Below are positions 26,443 through 39,372 of a DNA stretch of 64,000 nucleotides, piece by piece. The DNA comes from Cercozoa sp. M6MM (Eukaryota; Protista; Endomyxa: Ascetosporea), in assembly GCA_040357565.1 (NCBI GenBank), contig JBDODJ010000011.1. One strand, written 5' to 3'. Each line of letters begins with the position of its first letter. Position 1 is the stretch's first letter. The notes under the pieces were generated by a model. The model did not search any database and had not been told where the DNA came from. It saw only the letters and a list, made by a program, of their open reading frames with translations. Position numbers and translations under genes: made by a program.

Positions 26443-26651
26443 GATTAGCAGTTAACACAGCTCGGAGAATCAACCCACTACGCGGACTGTCGCTCTGGCG
26501 GCCTGGCGTGTCGCTGTGGAGCAAGTATTGTAGTCTGATTGGACGAAAATTTGTACACTCTCGCGGAATGAGCCCGAAACTCTTCTTCGGCGCCTGCTGC
26601 GAACCTGCGCAGCCTAGGTGCTAGATTAGACTGCTTTTAGCCAGTCGAATA

Positions 26652-27752
26652 ATGGAGTACCGGACAGCACCAACCGAGTTGCTGTACTTTATTTGAAAGC
26701 CAATGACTTCTGGGGGGTCGATTTTGGACATGTTTGGAAACCGCAGGTGCCATGAGGTGACCAGCCGACTGACACTGCACCCTGCAAGTGCGGTGTGTTG
26801 CTTACGTGTTTTTGTTTCAAGTGCTTGCCGGAAGGTGTGTTTGTTTTGACAGGTGGGCAGTTTACTCGCAGTGTTGGAGAAGGTGGCAGGAGGCAAGCCT
26901 CTCGTTCGCATTCGTTTCGACAGACTGCACAGTGTGATCGAAAACTCACCTCGCTCAAACGTAAGTCAGCTCTTGTGTTTGATACTTTTCTTGAGTCGTG
27001 TGTTTTCTTAGCCGTGCGAATGCCCTCTGCCGCGCCACCTGGGTCAGCAGGCACTGGATGTACCGTCAGTTGTTTTGCTTGTGTGGGAGATATGTCTGTA
27101 GGGTAGTACCGCTTAATGATGATGGACGCAATGACTCTGGTGTACGAGTTGCTGCGTCGCTGCGGTTTCTCGGACAACCAGCAGGGCTCTCTCGTGTGTC
27201 CGCAAGGCGTATACTCCCTTCATACTGCTTGCAGTGCCTCCAGCATGTTACCGTGGTTGCAGAGTGCCACTCGGGAGCTAATGTCTGTGTTGAACTACTT
27301 GCGTGGTCTCTCGCAGTACAGGATGGTACGTGTACCTTCCTTCTAGCATCCTTGTGAGCAGTCATGGACACCGTCTGTTGGTGCAGCAAGGGTGCCCGGG
27401 AGACCCGCCCTTGTACAGTCAGTCCCTGCAACAGTCACACGTACCTCCACCTGCTGAGCCGGCCCAATTGTCCACTTCGCAAACCTGCACGGCCACAATG
27501 CAACAATGCTCTCAACAACACTCGCCCTTTCCGTCTGTGCCTTCACATCAGCTCTCGCCTGTGCCTTCAATGCCAGCGAACGCGAACACGACGCTTCCTT
27601 TTGATGTCGTTTTGCACAAGTACTCTCTTCTTGTCTCGATCGCACACACGCGCTCTTGTCTGGACTTTTAGTGTGCTGGTTAAAGGGGCGAGCTGCGACC
27701 TGAATACGAGAGACCTCGGCCACCTGGCCGCATTGCCCAGTTCTCGCTCTGA
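26652..27752 (+). CDS. Hypothetical protein
   Basis: Spliceable exons MEYRTAPTE|CHEVTSRL…|VGSLLAVLEKVAGG…|…LQSATRELMSVLNYLRGL…, then a Pro/Gln-rich tail. Confidence 0.55.
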
Positions 27753-27969
27753 CCTGTGCGACAAACGAAAACAAATGAAAGCCGCGTAGTTCAGTTAGGT
27801 ACTATAGCACCGTCCGTTTAGTTTGCTTGCGCGGCATCGATGGCACCGTCATTTAATGCCACGGTTAGTACTTCGTCGACCGACGCCGATACAAGGAGCG
27901 CAAAGTATTTCCGAGAAATTTTGATATAATTGAACGCTTAGAGCACTAGGCACGATCACTGTAAATATA

Positions 27970-29625
27970 ATGAGCGCTGTTTCAACTGTGGGTTTCATCT
28001 CTAAGTTCGAAGTGATGCCTCGTGCGTGGTTTGTTTTTTGCACTGGGTTTGTGTATAATTGTATAATTGTGCTGAGTCCTGACAATGTAGAGCGAAGCGA
28101 GTGAGCCGCCGTGTGTTGTGCGTGAGCGTTACTTCTCCCAGTGGAGGTGCTGAGTTGCATCTGCAGGTGTCTTGTCCTTTTCATGCCTGTCTGCGTAGTG
28201 AAAAGCAGGCCGAATTGAAGCGAGAGCTTCGCATTGGTGACGAGCACCGTGGCTTCCTGATTGAGTACTTGATGATTCGTGTGAGCTCGCCTCAATTCTT
28301 TTGTTTGAGTGTTTGTGTTTTCCAGGGAAGACAATGGCGAACTGAACATCGTCAATCTTGATGTTGATGAAAGCGAGCCCGACCTGCACAACAGCGAAAA
28401 CAACAGCGCCAAGCCGCTGAGGTATATCGGAGGAGTCGACATCAGTTTCGCTCTTGAATCCGATACCACTGTATTTCTTCTTTTCAGATTGTAGATTGTA
28501 CTAACACGTTGCTGATAGGCATGTGCAGCTCTGGTGATCTTGGAGTACCCGTCGCTTGAAGTCGTAGCATTAACACCTGATTTCTTTGATAAAGGAGCCA
28601 CCGCTTGAATGTGCAGGTGTACGAAGATTTGCGGCAAGTCGAACTCCAGTATCCCTACATTCCAGTAACAGTGGCTTCATTTTTATTTTGTTTTTTAATT
28701 TGCTGTTCTGCAGGGATTCTTGGCCTTCCGCGAGGTGCCATTCTTGCTGGACCTTCTCGATAAGTTGCGCTTGGAAAAGGTAGCGCATCAACTAGGTGTA
28801 CACATGCTCTGTTTGTGCACTCACATGCTTGAGCGAGTAGCCCGAGTTGATGCCTCAAGTGCTTTTCACTGATGGAAATGGAGTCTTGCATCCACGCGGA
28901 TTCGGTCTGGCCTCGCAGCTTGGTACAGAAACATCTTTAAATATAATGGCTCTACGTGCAATCAGTCTGTGTGTTTTGGGTAGGTGTCCAGGCACAAATT
29001 CCTTGCATTGGCATTGGAAAAAAGGTGTGTCGTTGCTTCCAGTTCGCTTCTATTCGGTGTCTTTAGTTCATCTCTCGTGAATAGTTTCTCGACTGCGATG
29101 GACTGCGTCGCGATGCAGTGCGACAACTTTGCCGCGATTCACTTCAGTCGCACGGTGAGTCAAAGTGACTTAACCTATTTCTTTTTTTTTAATTTCTTTG
29201 TGATGCAGGTGACGCAGTCTTGCTGAAAGGAGAGACACGAACAGTTGGCGCTGTATGTCTTTTTTCTTTTTGTACAATCACCACTCCGTGCTTTTGATTC
29301 ATGTGTTAATGATAGGCTTTGTTGGGCGCACCAAAAACAAAGAATCCCGTCTTTGTCTCTGTTGGTCTGTTCTTAGTGTGCCAGTCTGACGGCTCGGACG
29401 CGTGACGTTGTGTGTGTTGTGTGTGCATAGGCCACCGAGTGTCGCTCTACGCTGCACTCTTGCTGACGCTGCGCATGTGCCGTACGCGCATTCCTGAGCC
29501 AGTACGATACTGCACTGTTTAGTTTCCCAGAAGTCGTGTTTGTGATTTCGTCCGCGTGTTCTCACCAGGTGCGACAGGCCGACCTGCGCAGTCGCCGTTT
29601 TTTGCGCGGCCTCGGGTTGCTCTAA
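27970..29625 (+). CDS. ENDOV: Endonuclease V (inosine-specific nuclease)
   Basis: IGGVDISF, YPYIPGFLAFRE, LFTDGNGVLHPRGFGLASQLG, PCIGIGKK, NPVFVSVGHRVSL, RIPEPVRQADLRSR; start codon uncertain. Confidence 0.95.
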
Positions 29626-29886
29626 AACGAAAGCTCTCCGTCTGAACACCTTAGCCTAACCTTACTGTAAAGTAAGCTAATCAACTCAAATTGACTTCGG
29701 TTCGGTCGCGACAGAACCGGAGATTCGAGCATCCCATGCCTCACCATATTCGATTCAGTGTAATTTAGTTGGGTGGTTTAACGGGTTCAAAATTCTTGGT
29801 GCTTGGCAATGGCAGATTGGATCGTGTTCAACGTCCCCCGCGGACCGGAGACTCGCGTTCAATTTGGTCGAGCCTCGTGATCAGTT

Positions 29887-32154
29887 TCAAGCTGGACCGA
29901 ATGTAAGCAACTGCGCGTCGCGTGTTCCGAGGTTGGTGGTGACGATCTCGGCCAGTCCAGAGTCGCCCTTGCGCACCTCGCCAACGGCAAAGTCGCCCGC
30001 CGGTGCCGACGACTCGGTCTCGATCAGTCGCATGCTCTGCAGCACAAAACCGCCTTCACTCTCGTTGAATCCAACGACGACACGCATGATGCCTCCTGCA
30101 GTTCCAACGAGGGCGACACGCGAGTTACACCTGGAATTTGCCAGCTGGTAATTTTATAGCGCTGTATGCATATGGTACAGTAATTAACACGTACCGACAG
30201 TACTTTGATCGTATAAAAATGGAACTGAACTGAAACCTACAATCGGTCAGCGCACACAGAGCCAAACGACCAGCCAAAGTTGTTCACGCTGCCACCGAAG
30301 ACTTCTTCGACCTGAGCGCGCGTGAACTTTGTCGTCTTGGCCGGGTCACCGACGATGCGTCCTTCCTCGTCGAGACGCGTGCCAATCACCAGGAGCGAGC
30401 CTTCCTGGAAGTCGCCTGTCATAATGTCTGGTGCGCCGTCACCGTCGAGATCGCCCAAGAATGCACCTCCATGCACACCGGCCCACCGCGTCGTCGTAAT
30501 CGTCTCATCGTAGTACAGGCCACCTGACTCAAAAAAAAAAACAGTCTCATGCCAGCGGGTTGTGACACGTACATGTACAGTCAAGTCTCTGTGTAGTACA
30601 GAGTACCTCCCTCGAATTCGCCCCGCGGCTCGCTGTCGCGCAGGAAGCCCAACACGAGCGTGCGCTCGTTGCTCTCGTCAATGACGGATTTGCCGCTATC
30701 GGCGGCGTTGTTCCAGTAGAACACGAGGGCGACGCGGCCGAAGAAGCTGGGAGGACAGTGCGCTCGCTCGCACGGCACAGTCACAAAGCCGCCGTAAACA
30801 GAGACTGTGCCGTCGCTCATGTCGTACGTGTCCACTCGGCGCGGGCCAAAGATTGCGTTCCGAGTGATCGCTCCGACCGGCACATTCGGCCCTCCTGGGA
30901 CACTCAGCGACAGCGGGAACACCTTGGTGCCTTTGACTTCGCCCGTGCCTCGCTTGAGGTAGAACACTATTCCCGGAGGTGCAGAGAGACCGCCAAAGCT
31001 GAACAGTGTGTCCTGCACGAGCAGCAGCTCCTTGAGTCCGTCGTTGTCCAACTGTAAGTTGACATATAGAAAAACGCAGATTAAATGTATTAGTCAAAGT
31101 AGATTAATTTATATAAGTTTATATATATACCTACAGTTTTACGGATGTTATTCTTACAGAGAAAGCTAGAGATAACGGATAGTCACAAACTTACATCACG
31201 GAAGACACTGACGGTGAGTGGCGACAGGTTGCTTATGACGACACGATCGGTTCTACTGAATTCATAGACGTCGTTGGCTGCAACATCGATCTTGTACACA
31301 ACGAGGTTGGTGTGGCCTTCCATCGCAAGCTCGGTCACGACAAGTTCGTCGATGCCGTCACTGTCGACATCGAGCAAGGCTACTCCGCCGATGGTGTTGG
31401 TGCCCAGCGACCACTCGCGCACACTGGACAAGTCGCTCTCCATCAACGAGGCTACATTACAACCCTCGCTAAGACAACCGAACCTTAGGAGTACTGTAGG
31501 TAGCTTGACTGTGTTACGCTGGTTAGGGGACAACCCGTCGCAGAACAGGTCCGGGCACAGACGATCGCGTTTGCGGCATGCAGCCTCGCCGCAGAACTCA
31601 CCTGCATCCAGTATAAACTTACTTATATAGCTAGAGATATTCATTTTACCACTAAGCTCCGGCTGTGACGGATCAAAGATAAGCGTACAACGCGACAGCT
31701 GCGTGGCGACGCAACGTGTACTGGACCAAACACCATATGCATGTTGTGTTTCATCCCGACAATCAGGCGTGGTTGCATTTAAAATTGTACCTGCCCATGA
31801 AGTTGTCAAGATGACAGCCAACGCCGAAGCGCGGCTCGGAATCCCAACGACACTGGGTGAGAGACGGGCAGTTTTCAAGCCCGCATTCGCTGTTTTAAGT
31901 CAAACGACAGTATGAACAGACTGGTGCTCCCCACTCTTCTCGATCAGATTGTCATTTTTTTTTCAATTTACATGAGAACGTTGTCACTCGGGTTGAACTG
32001 GTTGAAGCAGCGACGGGCACACGTGGTCCGTCTCTACAATTCACATACCGCAGAGGGATATCGCATCACGCAGTGTACACGCACACAGCAGTACCCCGAC
32101 AGTGATCGGAGCGCAGTCGTGCCACAGAGTGTATCCAACGGGGCAGAGGCTCAT
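29887..32154 (-). CDS. FG-GAP/integrin-alpha-like beta-propeller repeat protein with Cys-rich N-terminal region
   Basis: Three Ca-binding hairpin motifs (LDVDSDGIDELVV, LDNDGLKELLL, GDLDGDGAPDIMTG) plus FGWS; upstream exons Cys-rich (CGEAACRKRDRLCPDLFC); start uncertain. Confidence 0.75.
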
Positions 32155-32455
32155 TGCAAGTTCGGTTCGTTCAATCACTTCAGTTTCAGTCTGCTGCTAG
32201 AATGCTCCGCACGTTCTCACAATGTTACTTTTAGAATCAATGGCACGTGCTTCGATACAGTGGTATATGTACTACCTGTTGTAATATATACCCGAGCGAC
32301 AACTCGGGCTTTCAGTGAACTGAAACTTAGTCACAACTGACTTTCTCAGGGAGCCTTCGTTCAGTTCCGCAGTCGTTCAAGCTGCTGATACGTACGACTT
32401 GAATATTGGTAGTAATGAAAACGTGCATCGGTAAAGGTGTAGCCGATAGCATCAG

Positions 32456-35400
32456 TCATTTTGGGACTTGACTTCCAGCACTGTGCGGTGACTTTGCACG
32501 CCGCTGCCGCCGCTGTTCTGTCAAGCGACCGAGCAGGACCTGCGCACGCGCTCTTTGCCGGACTGAAGGTTCTACAGAGCCTTCTTTTTCGTCCTCCTCC
32601 TCTTCGGTGGCAACACTCACGCGATCTTCGATGCCGCCAATCACGATGTCAAGAGTATCCGTGTGACTTTCGTCATCGATGTTGCCGAAAAGATTGCTCG
32701 TAGATTGTTGCTGTCGCTGGTATTCTTGCTGGAGGTTAAGCTATAACATCACCAATCAGTTTGAATCGGAACTAATCCACTGAGGCACATCCACGCTCTT
32801 ATACAGTACCATCGTGCTGCTCAGTTCGTGCTCGTTGACGTGTACCAAGAAGTCACGGCTAACGTGACCTGAAAAGAGGTACTGCATCCCTGCCACTAAA
32901 CATCACGCAAGCTACAGTTTACCTCGATCGCCAATCCAACGACGCTTTTTCGACTTCGCGATCTCCGACAATCGCATTGCTTTTCTGCCCGCCGTGTGGA
33001 ACCAAATAAAGGAACACAAAGCGCAGTGCGATACCACTTGTACCTTAGGAAGTCGTGCATGTAGTTCATATGTGTAGCACTGTCTGCATGCAAGAATAAT
33101 AGATCTTGCGACGAGAACGACACCAACACGCCGCATAGAGGTCTGTTCAAGTCAGTTTACCTCGCTTTATCGATGATACAGCATACAGTAAACACATCAA
33201 CACTTCACAATTTACCGATTTGACCAGTGGAAGAGCGGATTGTTGGTTCCAATCACTCGAGTTGGCACTTCGGGAGTCAATTGCAGTCGCAACAGTGTCT
33301 ACGTTTCAAGTCGCGCGAACCGCAACTGACTCAGCAAAATTGATAGTACCTTGACCAGGTGGAAGTCAAAGGTGCTGCTGCACAAGGTGCTCACATCAAC
33401 GAGTTCGCTTAGCGGTTTCTTCCACGTGCCCATCGATTTCTGCAATATCAATCTCGGATGAAGAACTGTGAGACACGGAAAAAGCTGACTGTATATGTAC
33501 CTCAAATTGAAAGCTCAACACGTTGAACTGCTTCACGCGGAAGGTTGCCTCACGACGCGCATTTGTAAATGAGCTCCCTGAGAAAGTCACCTTGCCTGTC
33601 GAGTCCAAGGTATCTTTTCGTTAGATACTCTTTTACAGTAATTTATGGTAGATCTACACTTGACTTGGGTGTCGAAGATGGTGTAGTCGAAGGGAGCTGT
33701 ATCATATTCGTGAGTGCTCACAAAAACGCGATCGAAGCAAACGCACCAGAGGCTAAGAAAGAAGTCTTGCATGTGCCGTGCCTCATGCGTCGGTGCAGAC
33801 TCTCAAAATCGAGGTTCTCGATTTCGGATCGCTTGGACGCAAACAACAGTTCCTTTGCAGGAGCTGCCGATGGTGTTTCTTTCAATCCAGTTCACTGACA
33901 ACTCCAAAAACACATATACTCAATTGTACCAGAGCGCTCGAACGCGCGACTTGACAAAGCGCCTTTCATCGCGAAAATCTTCGTGTCGAATCGCATTTCG
34001 CAAGCAGCGTCGCACAGGTCAGTAAACCTGAATGCATCGCAGACAACTGTACACGCACAATAATGACCAGCAGACTCGCAGGGAAACCCACCGTGTTGTG
34101 AGAGCGGCATTCTCGGAGGAAAGCATGCGATTTTTCTCTGATTGGAGCTGCAGTTGCGCTTCTGTACTTGCTTGCTTGTTCCTACACCAGCTGAACTGAA
34201 GAAAATTCTGCAAACAGCGGACAGACGGCACCTCAGCTCGGTCAGTTCGTGCTGTGCGACAGAGTGCTTGGAGCGCAGTGCACACAATTCGCTTTCTGTT
34301 CGTGTTGCATTCTGGTGCAGAGACTGCAGCTGCTTGTGCATTCGCAGTGCGTCGCTTTTGCACTCGCGAAGTGCAATAACAGCTCTTGACTGTGCTTTCT
34401 TTGCTTCGTTTAATTCCTACGATGCCGATAAAATTAGCTATTGACTGTGTTGTATATATTGACACATCCAAAATAAAACTGCTGCAAACCTCGGCAGCTG
34501 CATTGCGGTGCGCTTGCAACTGATTCTGCAGCTGTTGCGCGCGAAGTGCGTGCTGTTGGACGGTATTTTCCAGCTCCTGCTTTTCGTGAATCCGGCGGGA
34601 TGCTTCCAGTTGTGTGTGCTGAACTTGGCTCCAAGCTTGTCGCAGGGACTCCTCCATTTGCACCAGTTCTTCTTGCAGTTCGGTGTTTTGCTCAGTCATG
34701 GCAACCATGCGCTGCAGAGCCACCTGTATTTGTGTCGAACTGTCTCCATAGCCGCCGCGTTTGGCTTTTCTCACTTCATCCTCGTTGCTCAGTGCTGAGA
34801 GACGAGGCAAAATGGTCATATCCTCGTACAACACGAGATCGAAGCGACGAGCCCAATCGCGTCGAAGTTTGAGAAGCTCCGCCGTCAGTGAGTTGCTTCT
34901 TTCGAGCAGTTGCGCATTCAAGTAGCTGTCGATTGAGGAGGCACTTGAACTTTTGTTGTTGGGGTACTCGCTAGCGGTGCCATCGTTATCGAGCAGAAGA
35001 CTTTCGAATGGCAAAGGAATTGTCGCGCGGCGCAGCGGCGTGGCCGGACGACTGTGTTTTGACTGTCTCCTCGACATGCGGCGCTCAAACTCCTGGAGCG
35101 CAGTCTCTGCGTCTCTGTCGCTTTTCAGTGCTTCTCTTTCGACAGTGTCATTGACTGGACTTTTTTCTTTCGGTCGCGCGAACAGTTTCAACTTTAGTTT
35201 GACCGGCATACTCGGAACATGCAACTCACCGAGGTCTCTTGAGTCCACAGAAACCGCGCCCGAGTCACCAATTGTGTCAGTGTACTCGCTCAGAACAGTA
35301 GGCATGCGACGATGTTCAGAGACCAGTGCCTGACTGCGTCGTTGTTCCAACTCGTGCTTCCTGTGTTCTTCGAGTGACTGATCCAGGCACGACTGACACA

Positions 35401-35746
35401 CCTTCATGTGCATGCCTTCCAGGTCATATCCTTCCACGCAGTTCGGACAGAAGATGTTTCTGAGAAAGCGTTACAAATCTAAATTGCGAGAGAACTCAGA
35501 GCAACTCTGTTGTACCCACATATAGCACAGTGTTGTCGTTTCGTACGGAACTTTAGCAGACGTCTATCGCAGTGTTTGCACCGACTGAAAAAACTCTTTT
35601 TCGCGAACCTCGTCTCTGCAGAGTTGTGAGTGTGAATGTAGAGTACGTTTTGTGTGTAAAATTTGTGTGCTTTACAGCACTGTGACACCTTGAGAATTCC
35701 GATGCTTCCACGTGAGCGCAGCGCGCCACTCTTGTGTTACATCCAT
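32456..35746 (-). CDS. FYVE-like zinc finger plus coiled-coil protein
   Basis: CKHC…KRQHCAICG|NIFCPNC…MKVCQSC (8 Cys), then a long heptad-rich region (ORF 34019-35437) and further C-terminal exons. Confidence 0.8.
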
Positions 35747-36015
35747 CCGGGTTAAAATAGTGAAGAAAACGGCCCGAGGAAACGACAGCAGACAGCCTCG
35801 TACTGTGACTCGCGCAGCCTGGTGCACGTAGCTGAACGCTTCTTCCGTCTGTTGAGCTTAGCTTCAACGCGCTTCGTCTTTTATTTACAGTTGTGAGTGA
35901 ACTGCCAATTTTGTTTTCGCACCACCCGCGCGGAAGCCCGCCACAACTACGACCGAGCTGTCAGTTGACAGCAAGTCAGCGCAGTTTCTTCTCATCGCAA
36001 GTTCGAGTTAGTTAG

Positions 36016-36318
36016 TACCTAGATTGCAACCCTGAAGAAGATGTCTTGGGGAACTTCAAAAGAGAAGTTGGATGGCTGTACTAAAAGCGGTGGTCTACCG
36101 ATAGGGCCGGCGGCTCTGCGTTTGTGACAAGACTGATACAGGGGAACTACAGTACACAGTTGGTTGAGTTAGTTAGTTGAGTCTTTGGGAACCAACTATG
36201 TAAGTTTAGTTCCCCTGCACCAGTCCGGGGTGGGTCGCAAGAGCACGGCCGTGTCTGTTCGCTCAGGGTAGGACAATACCCCCAGACACCGAAGTCGACT
36301 TCATGGTTGGTGCAGGTA
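36016..36318. other. Highly self-complementary intergenic element (candidate structured ncRNA or MITE)
   Basis: Nested inverted repeats, e.g. 36131-36149 with 36207-36225 (17/19), 36153-36165 with 36190-36202, 36105-36128 with 36234-36250, 36251-36257 with 36283-36289. Confidence 0.45.
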
Positions 36319-36785
36319 GCGGGCTACAAGTAGAGAGGCGTCGCAGGCGGTGTCAGTCGTCCGTCGTCGTCCTCCCATCTCTCCACTAGCAACACTCAAC
36401 AGTCTTCCATTGACTGGTTTTCCTGATCCTGCTTCGCTTCCGGCAAGGCTGCCGTCGGTTACGTACACTTGTTGCTCTGTTCGAGAGGTCACGTATCAGT
36501 TGAAGCCGGTGTTCAGCATCTGTTTTCCGTATTGACCACGTCTCGTGTTCTCTGGGTTTGTTCACTGTCTTGATGGTCCGTTGTCGTGGAACAGTGTTTT
36601 CATTCTTATTGCAAATTCCATCGTTGTCCAAGAGGCGCTTACACACTTCCTGCATGTCTGATCTCTTTGTGTCCTTACTATGACGTATGAGTCATCGGCG
36701 TATCTGACACTATGTGCAGTGGTTATCGCTACTTTAATTTCATAGCTACGGGGTGTCGTTTCATGTGTTCTCCTGTTCTTTGCAG

Positions 36786-37040
36786 TTCGGTGTGCATGTC
36801 ATCGAGGAAGTTCTTTGCAAGTAGACTCTACCCCCTGTAGATTCCCTGTGTACCCCTGTATATTCCCTGTCTAGACAGGCAGCAGTACTGTCTAGATAAC
36901 GTGTGTGCACATACTCATTAGAAAAGTACCCATCATCGAGGGCTTCGTGCCGACGCAGCAGCAGATAGTGCAGAACACGTCCGCCAAAGTCGAGTCGACA
37001 CTCCTTGCGGCAATTTGCCTCTGCTCAGTCAGACAAAAAG
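36786..37040 (+). CDS. Possible exons of a small hypothetical gene
   Basis: cag|FGVHVIEEVLCK|KVPIIEGFVPTQQQIVQNTSAKVESTLLAAICLCSVRQK|gtac; start and stop not resolved. Confidence 0.3.
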
Positions 37041-37496
37041 GTACACGGGATATAAAGAAGACATTTAAAAAAGAGAACTGCAAATTCAATCGAGTTGTAA
37101 ATTTACACGAGGACGCCGACCAATCCTTCTTTTTTGGATCAAAAAGATTTTTTTTTTAAAAAGCAAGTACCCTCGCCAGTTCAGTTTACGTTGCATGTCT
37201 GATCTCTTTGTGTACCCTTAGTTTTTTTTTTTTTTTGTAAAAGCAAGTACCCTCGCCTCAATTTACCAAGGCCAAACCCCTATCCGAGGGGGCTGCGGTA
37301 CAAAGCCGACATCAATGTTTCGAACTCCGTTCACTTTTATTCGAGCCCCATAGTGTCAGTCAATAATACAACAAAAACCTCGCTCGACGACACGTGACGC
37401 ATTGGCGCGTTACCACAGTATTCGATTGGTATCGGTAAGGACGCCAAGGCAGCGTCGCTTGTCTTCTTCGCTTGGTCCAGTCGACACACCGACTAT

Positions 37497-37860
37497 TCAG
37501 GGCGCGTATTCTTTGCCGCTTCTACCAGTTCGGAGGCACTGGGCGGCTCCTAAACACACAAGCTTTATTTCCAAAAGCAGAGTCATACTGTAGGTGTGCA
37601 CTGGACTGACCGTGAGCAGACGACGGCACAGGGGCAGCTCACGGTAGCGCTGCAGCTCAAATTCGAGCTGCAGCTGCTGTTGCTCAAATTTGAGCTGCAG
37701 CTGCTGTTGCTCGAATTCGAGCTCTTGAGCTGCACCTGCATTAGGCAGAAAACAAACAGAAACTGAACTAGCAACACACCTGCAATTGATATAAGAGGCA
37801 AGAAATACCTGGGTGAGGTGCTCTACGTGCACACGGTACACGTACGCACCTGCACCGACG
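37497..37860 (-). CDS. Possible hypothetical protein fragment with 27-nt tandem repeat
   Basis: Exon-like segment containing a ~2.5x 27-nt repeat (FEQQQLQL reading); gene model unresolved. Confidence 0.3.
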
Positions 37861-39372
37861 GCGCAGGCAAAAAATGCGAACCTTTCGACCGCGCGCTTCG
37901 GCTTTGAGAAAAACCAGAAGAAGTAAATTTAGTGCATGTTTACATCGCGTAGTATTTTGTACTCTTCAGTACCATTCTTTCGAGTGCCTTCGTCACGACG
38001 GCCGCCCAATCCGATGGGTCTGCACAAACACACAATTGTTGGAAAAGATCGCGAGGAGCATCCAAACCGTCAAGATCAAGAACGGTCGATCAACCAGTGT
38101 AAATAACGCCAGAACCTGAAACTGACCAAAGAAAAACGGCTCGTGTGACTCGCGATCGCCGCAACTAAAACAACGCGCGTCTTTGTCCTGTACTGTTCTG
38201 TGGACGCACACACAACTTTTTTGTCTGGCTATTTGATCGAGCGATCATGCTGCAGGTCTCAACTTGCGGGGAATTGGGAATTGTGTCGCTGAAGAACATT
38301 GGATATTCGAGGAAGCGACGTCCTCGTTGTCTCTCTCGAGGGCTAGTTAAGGGCTCCAGATGCTCCACCAAAAGAAAGCGCTCCGGTAGTCAAGGCCGCG
38401 TTGTCCACGGGCGGTACTTACACCCCGGCGCTGAGCCTAGTAAATCAATACCATGCAGTTGCACGTGAGCGACGCCTTTTGATGATTCCAAAATCGGTGA
38501 CCCAGACGACGAGGACTCCAAGTCAAGATGACGAGGAGTCCACGTTTGATGACGAAGGTGATGCTGGCTCTCGCCAGAGCGACAATGGCGATTCTCTCAG
38601 TTTTCTCCGCCATACGCAGTCTCTCGATAGGCTTTGATGGTGCGTGCTCAAGAGGAAGCGCCGAAGTCGAAGGCGGCGGTTTTGGTAACTATGGCTGGCA
38701 TCTGAGAACTCGCGTCCCGATCTGCCCTCTTAGATTGATGGAAATGAGTACGACTAAATGCGTGTGCTCGGCGAAGCCCTCTACGACGCCGAGACTGGCA
38801 GGTGCAACTTGGAATTATATTTTACAGTGAAAGTTGCCGCACCGTCAACCTAAGTGTCCGTTCTGAAAGCACCAAAAGAGCAAACTCTGTTTCAAGCGGT
38901 TCCGTGTCCGCGCGTTGTATATTGTAGAGCACTTTTCTGCCGAAGGTTTCTGCCAGCCAAGGGTGTCGCCAACAAAGTGGCTCAACATGTCGTCAGCGCC
39001 TACTGTTGAACGTCGTCGACCGACCTCTTTTCTTACCCCCGTCCGGTAAGTAACGTCAAAGACTCCGTTGACGCTGATCCGCGTGGAGTTCGGAGACTTC
39101 AATCCCAGGACATTCAATCTCAGTCCTAGTGATCCTATGTCAGTCCTACGTCCTATCTCTATCCCAGCGCAGCCATCCTATGCCAGTCCTATGCCAGTCC
39201 TAGCTCTATCCCAGTCATCCTATTCTCTTCCCAACTATCTATCCGTATTCTGGTCCTAGAGGTAGTATACTCGACTTAATAGAAGACTGTCTACGACCTG
39301 TAACCCGCGGGCGCGTCGACTCGACCACCGCAGTCTAGCCGCCCGCACGGCAGTCCGGTCGGTCAGCCATGG

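Noticed and set aside
36027-36309. Hammerhead ribozyme (CUGAAGA…GAA), RNase P CR-V-like ACCGAAGUCGACUU, or telomerase template (AACCCUGAA)
   Set aside because: No GAAA/UH core in the right register, helix order inconsistent with RNase P, and the putative template is buried in a stem with no independent telomere evidence.
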